From Floridaenema flaviceps BLCC-F50 (lineage in GTDB: Bacteria; Cyanobacteriota; Cyanobacteriia; Cyanobacteriales; Aerosakkonemataceae): a DNA stretch of 24,000 nucleotides. Position 1 is the first letter of the stretch; each line of letters begins with the position of its first letter. Of the stretch, positions 17,013 through 22,748 are shown in pieces. The stretch lies in NCBI RefSeq assembly GCF_041929275.1, contig NZ_JBHFNR010000053.1; one strand, written 5' to 3'. A model generated the notes under the pieces. The model made no database searches and was not told the origin of the DNA. It saw only the letters and a list, made by a program, of their open reading frames with translations. Made by a program: the position numbers and the translations under genes.

Positions 17013-17804
17013 ATGCTACTGCGTTCATCATCGCCAGAGGAAGTTATTTGTATTACCCAACCGCATCATGCTTGGATTTCAGGACAATTAGCAAGGATGT
17101 GGGGAAACGAACAATTTGGTCAAGTTTCTCCTCATCAAGAAGTTTGTTTAGCTGCGGAACAACATGATATTGGTTGGTTAATTTGGGAACAAACTCCAAC
17201 ATTAAATCCCCAAACAGGTTATCCTCATTCTTTCTCGGAATTGGCAACAAAAAACCATATAAAAAATTGGTCAAAAGCGAGAAATTTTGCTCTACCTTTG
17301 GGTAGATATGTGGCATTACTTGTGTCACTGCACGGTACTCGTTTATATGAACGTTTTCGCAGTTGGGAAAATTACCCGGAAACCAAAGAATTAGTGCAGA
17401 ATTTCCTCAATGATGAGTATGCTTTTCAACAAGAGTTGATTACTAAATTACAAAAAGACTCTTATCACGCACCATACGCTACACCCGAAGTAATTAAACG
17501 TAATCAAAAATTAGTGGCGGTTTGGGATGCACTTTCTTTAATTATTTGTCATGGTTTCACTGGTGAGAAAATAGTTGAAAATGTACCTACTGCTAATGGG
17601 GAAATTACATTAACTTTAAAGAATAAAGAAAATCATCCTTTAGAAATATCTGTATCTCCTTGGCCGTTTCGCAAAAGTCAGGTAAACTTGGTTTTTGAGG
17701 GCAGATTGCTTCAGCAAAAATTTACTGATGAAACGGTGATGCAAGAAGCTTTAATTCAGGCTCCGGGAGTTACAATTAATACTATTTTATTACCGCAGAA
17801 TTAA
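17013..17804 (+). CDS. Hypothetical protein, probably DUF3891 family
   Basis: 263 aa. The N-terminus (ICITQPHHAWISGQLARMWGNEQFG...EQHDIGW) resembles what I remember of DUF3891 proteins. The family assignment is from memory only. Confidence 0.6.
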   Translation: MLLRSSSPEEVICITQPHHAWISGQLARMWGNEQFGQVSPHQEVCLAAEQHDIGWLIWEQTPTLNPQTGYPHSFSELATKNHIKNWSKARNFALPLGRYVALLVSLHGTRLYERFRSWENYPETKELVQNFLNDEYAFQQELITKLQKDSYHAPYATPEVIKRNQKLVAVWDALSLIICHGFTGEKIVENVPTANGEITLTLKNKENHPLEISVSPWPFRKSQVNLVFEGRLLQQKFTDETVMQEALIQAPGVTINTILLPQN

Positions 17805-17906
17805 GAATATTTTAACCACAGATAAACATAGATCTAATTGTTGTCTTTGGGATGGGTAGTTATAATCTGATTTAGGGCAGATTTGTTTGATCGCACTAAA
17901 AAAGCC

Positions 17907-19001
17907 ATGACACATTCCCAACGCTTTTCTAAGTACAAAAGGCGGCAAGTTTTACGCTTTGCTGGGTTAGCAGCAGGCGCATCAATTTTACCAGTTGCTT
18001 GTCGTGCAGCTACTTCACCAAATGCAGAAAATAGCACTGTCAAGGAATTTGCTACTCCTACAACTGAGTATAGTACTGTTGCTCAATCTACTCAACAAAA
18101 TGTTAGTAAAGTTGTGTTAGTTCGCAGTGACGATCGAGTTGCTGGTACTTTAAAAGCTTTAGATTTACTGCAACCTCAAGGAATTTCTGGGCAAACAATT
18201 TTCCTCAAACCTAATTATAATACCGCCGACCCTGCCCCAGCTGCTACTGATACCAAAATGCTGGAAGCTTTGGTGAAAGAATTACAAAGTGCAGGGGGGA
18301 AACAGATTACGATTGGCGATCGATCTGGGATGGCAGAAACTCGCCAAGCAATGCAGAAAAAAGGCGTGTTTCAATTAGCACAACGCTATGGATTAAAAGC
18401 CATAGTTTTTGATGAATTATCTGCCGCAGATTGGCAGAGTTTCCCCGCAGCAGGTACGCATTGGAAACAGGGATTTGCTTTTGCACGTCCGATTTTGAAT
18501 TCAGGGGCAATTATTAATACTTGTTGTTTAAAAACCCATCGTTTCGGCGGTCATTTCACCTTATCATTAAAAAACACTGTGGGGATGGTAGCTAAATACA
18601 TTCCGGGCAATTCTTACAATTACATGAGTGAATTGCACAACTCACCGCACCAAAGATTAATGATAGCTGAAATTAACAAAGCTTACCAACCAAAACTCGT
18701 GTTACTCGATGGTATAGAAGCCCTTGTCAATGGCGGGCCTGATACTGGAAAATTAGTTAAAGCGGGGGTGATTTTGGCAGGGACCGATCGTGTAGCTGTT
18801 GATGTAGTGGCTGTGGGGATTTTGCGAAGTCTAGGAACAACCGAAGCAGTTTCTCGCGGTTCCGTTTGGCAATTAGAACAAATTAAAAGAGCAGTAGAAT
18901 TAGGTTTAGGTGCCGTAAATTCCGAGCAAATTGAAATGATTACAGCCGATAATTCGAGTCAGAAAATGGCTGATGAAATTCGGAAGTTGATTGTTGCTTG
19001 A
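17907..19001 (+). CDS. DUF362 domain protein with a twin-arginine (Tat) signal peptide
   Basis: From the ATG at 17907: MTHSQRFSKYKRRQVLRFAGLAAGASILPVACRA, a Tat-type RR motif plus h-region. The core reads IFLKPNYNTADPAPAATD...ITIGDRSG...CLKTHRFGGHFTLSLKN...DRVAVDVVAVGIL, typical of DUF362. The track start at 17883 is a TTG. Confidence 0.7.
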   Translation: MTHSQRFSKYKRRQVLRFAGLAAGASILPVACRAATSPNAENSTVKEFATPTTEYSTVAQSTQQNVSKVVLVRSDDRVAGTLKALDLLQPQGISGQTIFLKPNYNTADPAPAATDTKMLEALVKELQSAGGKQITIGDRSGMAETRQAMQKKGVFQLAQRYGLKAIVFDELSAADWQSFPAAGTHWKQGFAFARPILNSGAIINTCCLKTHRFGGHFTLSLKNTVGMVAKYIPGNSYNYMSELHNSPHQRLMIAEINKAYQPKLVLLDGIEALVNGGPDTGKLVKAGVILAGTDRVAVDVVAVGILRSLGTTEAVSRGSVWQLEQIKRAVELGLGAVNSEQIEMITADNSSQKMADEIRKLIVA

Positions 19002-19018
19002 ATGGGGGATTAGGGATG

Positions 19019-19037
19019 ACAGGCAAGATGCCTGTCC
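19019..19037. repeat. Dispersed hairpin repeat GACAGGCA-AGA-TGCCTGTC (same family as 11496-11514, opposite orientation)
   Basis: The reverse complement tgtaggacaggcatcttgcctgtc compares with tgtagggcaggcatcttgcctgcc at 11491. It is preceded by the G-run motif atgggggattaggg. It begins 18 nt after the DUF362 stop. Confidence 0.6.
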
Positions 19038-19089
19038 TACAAGATTGGGATGAATTTTAACTAAATACGTAAACGAAATACTGCGCTTA

Positions 19090-19197
19090 CATCTGTGTTA
19101 ATCTGTGGACATCTGTGGTTAAAAATAGAATTGTCAACCCAGCCAAAATTTTAATTTACCATCTGCGTTTATCTGCTTTCATCTGCGGTAAAAAAAA
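19090..19197. repeat. Two diverged direct blocks of the ATCTG(T/C)G short repeat family
   Basis: Block A is catctgtgttaatctgtggacatctgtggttaaaaa (19090-19125). Block B is catctgcgtttatctgctttcatctgcggtaaaaaaa (19160-19197). Confidence 0.6.
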
Positions 19198-19206
19198 CCA
19201 AGATGT

Positions 19207-19431
19207 CTAACCAAACCTAGCGAGTAATTCCTCACGGGATAATTGCAGTAATAAAATAGTAAATTCTTCCGGTGATAACTCCAACAAAGGCTCAATAATT
19301 CCTGAAAGTTGTTCATCGATTAAACCAAACCGAAATCGCAGCAAATTTTCTATATTGGCGCGACGTTCGATGATTCTTCCCCTTCGTAAAGCTTCTTCTT
19401 CCCATTGTAAAACTAGTGGTGATAATTCCAT
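19207..19431 (-). CDS. Free-standing DUF4351 (Rpn/YhgA-like C-terminal domain) protein, copy 1 (shortest, no linker repeat)
   Basis: MELSPLVLQWEEEALRRGRIIERRANIENLLRFRFGLIDEQLSGIIEPLLELSPEEFTILLLQLSREELLARFG fits the DUF4351 pattern (QWEEEaxxxG...RRFGxlxxxlxxxIxxLsxEqLexL). An in-frame stop lies 21 codons upstream of the ATG, so there is no nuclease domain. Confidence 0.65.
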   Translation of the reverse strand: MELSPLVLQWEEEALRRGRIIERRANIENLLRFRFGLIDEQLSGIIEPLLELSPEEFTILLLQLSREELLARFG

Positions 19432-19502
19432 TGCTAACTCCCGATCGCTATCCTCTATATTTTGACTCCCTTGTAAGGTGACTTGCCATGTTTATCTAAC
19501 TT

Positions 19503-19859
19503 CTACCTGCCAAACCTAGCAAGTAGTTCCTCACGGGATAATTGCAGTAATAAAATAGTAAATTCTTCCGGTGGTAGTTCCAACAAAGGTTCAATAATTC
19601 CTAATAGTTGTTCATCGATTAAACCAAATCGAAATCGCAGCAAATTTTCGATATGGGTGCGACGTTCGATGATTTTTCCCTGCTGAATTCCCTGCTGAAT
19701 TCCTTGCTGAATTCCCTGCTGTTCTCCCCTGCGTAAAGCTTCTTCTTCCCATTGTAAAACTAGTGGTGATAGTTCCATTGCTAACTCCCGATCGCTATCT
19801 TCTATATTTTGACTTACTTGTAAAGTTGCTTGCTCTCTTTGCCAGCAATAAAAATACAT
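19503..19859 (-). CDS. Free-standing DUF4351 protein, copy 2 (expanded QQGI linker)
   Basis: 118 aa. It has the same core as copies 1 and 3, plus EQQGIQQGIQQGIQQGK encoded by a 12-nt tandem repeat. It starts 33 nt downstream of the vapC stop on the same strand. Confidence 0.65.
   Translation of the reverse strand: MYFYCWQREQATLQVSQNIEDSDRELAMELSPLVLQWEEEALRRGEQQGIQQGIQQGIQQGKIIERRTHIENLLRFRFGLIDEQLLGIIEPLLELPPEEFTILLLQLSREELLARFGR
19678..19721. repeat. 12-nt tandem repeat CCCTGCTGAATT x3.7 inside DUF4351 copy 2 (encodes QQGI repeats on the minus strand)
   Basis: Units lie at 19678-19689, 19690-19701 and 19702-19713 (one mismatch), with a partial unit at 19714-19721. Copy 3 has about one unit and copy 1 has none. 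Confidence 0.85.
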
Positions 19860-19892
19860 TAGAACGTAAAGGATGATTTACTGGAAGTTTGG

Positions 19893-20351
19893 CTATTTGT
19901 CAGACGCACTATTAGTAACATCTCCAGGGTTTACGGGAGTGATTTCTGCATAACGGCGAAAATCCTCAACATTAAAAGTTAAAATATGGGTTAAACCATG
20001 TACCAACATAGCAGCCACTAAACGAGCATCGTGAACATTAACACCTTTGACTTCATAAGTGCTGACTAATCTTTCCCATTCTGTATAAATAGCACTTGTG
20101 TCCGGTAATAAGGGAAATATCGCCTTTAATTTTTCAACTTCCGCCTTAGTTTCTGCAACTGAATATCCTAATCCATTTTTATCTTTAGGACGAGTACAGA
20201 CATTCCAAAATTCAATTAAATTTTGCGGCGCAATATATAATTCTTCCCCTCGATTTAGCAAAATACTAGTGGCTGTAGTTGCGATCGCAAACATCGGATG
20301 AGATGGTTCCAAACTTCTGAGCAAGATATTAGTATCTAGTAAATAAGACAT
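19893..20351 (-). CDS. vapC: Type II toxin, PIN-domain ribonuclease (VapC family)
   Basis: 152 aa. MSYLLDTNILL carries the first acidic residue. NLIEFWNV, VHDARLVAAM and FNVEDFRRY supply the other conserved acidic positions of a PIN fold. Confidence 0.8.
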   Translation of the reverse strand: MSYLLDTNILLRSLEPSHPMFAIATTATSILLNRGEELYIAPQNLIEFWNVCTRPKDKNGLGYSVAETKAEVEKLKAIFPLLPDTSAIYTEWERLVSTYEVKGVNVHDARLVAAMLVHGLTHILTFNVEDFRRYAEITPVNPGDVTNSASDK

Positions 20352-20354
20352 TTA

Positions 20355-20597
20355 TCATTTGTCTCCATAAATGCTTTCTCTACTAATAGCCTCATCAGAT
20401 AAAATTGGAGTATCCAAACGATGACTCTCAGCCCACTCTTGAAAAGCCTTAGCCCTTTCTTCCGGGCTGGCTACTTCATAAAAAGGAAGTTGTTGAATCT
20501 CAGTATTTAGGTTGATTTTACGATTCAATAAATCCTTTTCTTCCGCAGTCAATGATTGAATAATTTCAGCCAAAGATTCCACTAGTTTTGTATTCAT
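20355..20597 (-). CDS. Cognate antitoxin of the PIN toxin
   Basis: 80 aa, ending 3 nt before the vapC start. The C-terminal LSDEAISRESIYGD motif is common in cyanobacterial antitoxins paired with PIN toxins. Confidence 0.65.
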   Translation of the reverse strand: MNTKLVESLAEIIQSLTAEEKDLLNRKINLNTEIQQLPFYEVASPEERAKAFQEWAESHRLDTPILSDEAISRESIYGDK

Positions 20598-20654
20598 AAA
20601 AATCTACTTTCAAAATTGATATTAGCCATTAATACCGAGATAATTAGCTAACTT

Positions 20655-20966
20655 CTACCTGCTAAACCTAGCGAGTAATTCCTCACGGGATAATTGCAGT
20701 AATAAAATAGTAAATTCTTCCGGTGCTAATTCCAATAAAGGCTCAATAATTCCTAATAGTTGTTCATCGATTAAACCAAACCGAAATCGCAGCAAATTTT
20801 CTATATTGGCGCGACGTTCGATGATTATTCCTCGCTGTTCTCCCCTTCGTAAAGCTTCTTCTTCCCATTGTAAAACTAGTGGTGATAGTTCCATTGCTAA
20901 CTCCCGATCGCTCTCTAAAGGTGAATAAAACGTAGCTGGTGATACAAAATTCTCACTTTCACTCAA
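20655..20966 (-). CDS. Free-standing DUF4351 protein, copy 3
   Basis: 103 aa: ...SDRELAMELSPLVLQWEEEALRRGEQRGIIIERRANIENLLRFRFGLIDEQLLGIIEPLLELAPEEFTILLLQLSREELLARFSR. It is near-identical at nucleotide level to copies 1 and 2 across the core. Confidence 0.65.
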   Translation of the reverse strand: MSESENFVSPATFYSPLESDRELAMELSPLVLQWEEEALRRGEQRGIIIERRANIENLLRFRFGLIDEQLLGIIEPLLELAPEEFTILLLQLSREELLARFSR

Positions 20967-21471
20967 GGTTGGTTAATTACCGGACAAAGATTAGTAAATC
21001 TTATGGGTTAAGGGCGCTAACCTGCCTTCGTCAAACCAGAGGCAGGTAGACTTGGTGAGCCACTTGATAACGTAAGTTATTCACAAATGATTCTTTGCCC
21101 CAAAATTTATTAATTTAAGTAATCATTTTTTATATGTCTCTTTTTACTCTTGCTTAGGCTTTTTTTCTCCCTAATTTCCGATTGTGACAGTTCCGGGTGC
21201 GGAATCTGGGTTATATTATGACGGTGAAAGTGAGATTTTTATCTTTTATTAGACTTTTAATTTTTCTTGGTGGTAAGTGTCATATTTTTGCTTCCATCTT
21301 CTCTATATAGTGTGATATAGTGTGAACTTATACAACTTACACAGGAGTAATGTATATGGCAGATCCTAAGTAGTCGGACAAAAGAAAAGGATACAGTGTT
21401 AAGTTTTGCAACAGAGTGAAGAGCGATCGCTAATTTGAGACAAGCGATCGCAAAACTTTTCGGTCTACTGA

Positions 21472-21503
21472 CATTTAGTTAATTTTGTCCAATACTTCTA
21501 CTG
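21472..21503. repeat. Left arm of a perfect 32-bp inverted repeat
   Basis: CATTTAGTTAATTTTGTCCAATACTTCTACTG. Its exact reverse complement is at 22306-22337. Confidence 0.95.
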
Positions 21504-21528
21504 CACTAGCGATCTAGAAATTAATTGG

Positions 21529-22242
21529 TTAATTTAAGTACGCTTTCACTATTGTTCTTGCATCAGTGGAATCAGGATAGGACTGAATATCTAAATTCAC
21601 TAGTCTTTCTCCACATAAATCAGATAGCATATTTTTGATATCAATTAGCTTATAGAATGCCATATCTCGATTACGTTCTATTAGCTCCAATGTTACTTTA
21701 TCGTAATTAGAAAAATGAAGGATAATGGCATAATTTACCAATTTAAGCATCGATTGGATTAAATTTTGAGCATATTCTTTAGATAATTTACCACAGGGAG
21801 AAGGTTGATCCTGATTAACGGACAAAGCGCCGATAGAACATACTACATCATAACGTTGAGAAGGCCAATTTTGCTCTAGGAAATCTCCTGTAATGAACTG
21901 ATTTCTTAAGTCATTTCCGTATAGTTTCTCAGCTTCCTGAATAAATTCACTCATAATATCAATTCCAGTATATGTTCCTGTAAAATATTTGTGTTTTCTG
22001 AGATAATCAATCAAGTTCCCATAACCACATCCTATATCTAAAAAAGAATTGATTTTTGTCCATTCAATACCATCTAAATCAGTGGCAATTTTAAAACTTA
22101 ACATTTGGATTTCATGAGAACTCCACCCAACTTTTTTAGCAGTTGATTCATTTTCAGGCAAATTTCCTACTTCACTGATTCGGTTTTGATAGAAAGCTTT
22201 AGTTAATGAAGTCCTGTCATTAGTATGGTTCATCATCGTCAA
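21529..22242 (-). CDS. Class I SAM-dependent methyltransferase (small-molecule type; no DNA-MTase motifs)
   Basis: 237 aa. Motif I is FLDIGCGYGNLIDYL, followed by YTGIDIMSEFI and DVVCSIGAL. No DPPY/NPPY or PCQ motif is present. The gene is visibly more AT-rich than its flanks. Confidence 0.75.
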   Translation of the reverse strand: MTMMNHTNDRTSLTKAFYQNRISEVGNLPENESTAKKVGWSSHEIQMLSFKIATDLDGIEWTKINSFLDIGCGYGNLIDYLRKHKYFTGTYTGIDIMSEFIQEAEKLYGNDLRNQFITGDFLEQNWPSQRYDVVCSIGALSVNQDQPSPCGKLSKEYAQNLIQSMLKLVNYAIILHFSNYDKVTLELIERNRDMAFYKLIDIKNMLSDLCGERLVNLDIQSYPDSTDARTIVKAYLN

Positions 22243-22305
22243 TCCATTTGGTTTAATATTTTAATCAATAAACTAATTATCATAAAATTTACTAGAGCGC
22301 CAGTT

Positions 22306-22337
22306 CAGTAGAAGTATTGGACAAAATTAACTAAATG
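22306..22337. repeat. Right arm of the perfect 32-bp inverted repeat
   Basis: CAGTAGAAGTATTGGACAAAATTAACTAAATG, the exact reverse complement of 21472-21503. Confidence 0.95.
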
Positions 22338-22476
22338 AATGTCGGATATGTTGGGCATGAAGTTGGGTGTTGGAGGCATCTGGGAAGATGACGGTGTTGG
22401 TATAGTCACCAGAGGCGACGATAGCGGGGCTAGAGTAGACGAAGTATTCGATCCAAAAGGATTGTTTGTAGGACAT
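22327..22476 (-). CDS. 49-codon ORF, possibly the 5' remnant of a gene truncated by the IR-bounded unit
   Basis: Below the track size cut-off; I translated it myself: MSYKQSFWIEYFVYSSPAIVASGDYTNTVIFPDASNTQLHAQHIRHSFS. The ATG has AGGA 8 nt upstream. The last codons and the TAA stop lie inside the right IR arm. The segment is visibly GC-richer than its surroundings. Confidence 0.35.
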   Translation of the reverse strand: MSYKQSFWIEYFVYSSPAIVASGDYTNTVIFPDASNTQLHAQHIRHSFS

Positions 22477-22513
22477 TAGTTTTCCTGAGATAAAGGTGTA
22501 GGTGAGATTGTTC

Positions 22514-22550
22514 GTTTCAATCCCTTTGCCGGGATTAAGTTAATTGAAAC
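22514..22550. repeat. Single 37-nt CRISPR-like direct repeat (orphan; no array, no cas genes in the window)
   Basis: GTTTCAATCCCTTTGCCGGGATTAAGTTAATTGAAAC. It has a GTTTCAAT start, an ATTGAAAC end (the usual 8-nt crRNA handle) and an internal ATCCC-TTTGCC-GGGAT hairpin. Its length and architecture match cyanobacterial type I/III repeats. Only one intact copy is present. Confidence 0.45.
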
Positions 22551-22748
22551 CCTGGAACTATGTAAATTATCAAGCTTCTAGCAATTTTCGTGAAACCCGC
22601 AGGAATTAGCCTCTGCTGCGATTCCCGAAAAAACTGTTGATAGCTGTCATGATAGAACAGCTACCACCTAATGTCCAGGTTGCTGCTGTAACAAATAATC
22701 AACACAATAGCAGTTAGTGCTCTCACCCATTACCCAAGATATTTTACA

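Noticed and set aside
17053-18510. Minus-strand ORFs 17053-17328, 17834-18043 and 18307-18510
   Set aside because: They are antisense to, or overlap the starts of, the DUF3891-like and DUF362 genes, and show no motifs.
19483-20301. Plus-strand ORFs 19483-19686 and 20098-20301
   Set aside because: They are antisense to DUF4351 copy 2 and to vapC respectively.
21464-22345. Target-site duplication flanking the 32-bp inverted repeats
   Set aside because: The outer flanks (tctactga on the left, aatgtcgg on the right) share no direct repeat. Classical cut-and-paste transposition with a target-site duplication is therefore not supported, and the element class is left open.
22440-22630. A three-repeat decayed CRISPR array around the intact 37-mer
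   Set aside because: Only one intact repeat exists. The candidates near 22444 and 22585 match weakly (about 14 of 37 identities ungapped for 22585, and indels needed for 22444), which I cannot distinguish from chance by eye. An alternative register ending in GTGAAAC at 22596 would leave a 9-nt spacer. It is kept only as a caveat in the finding.
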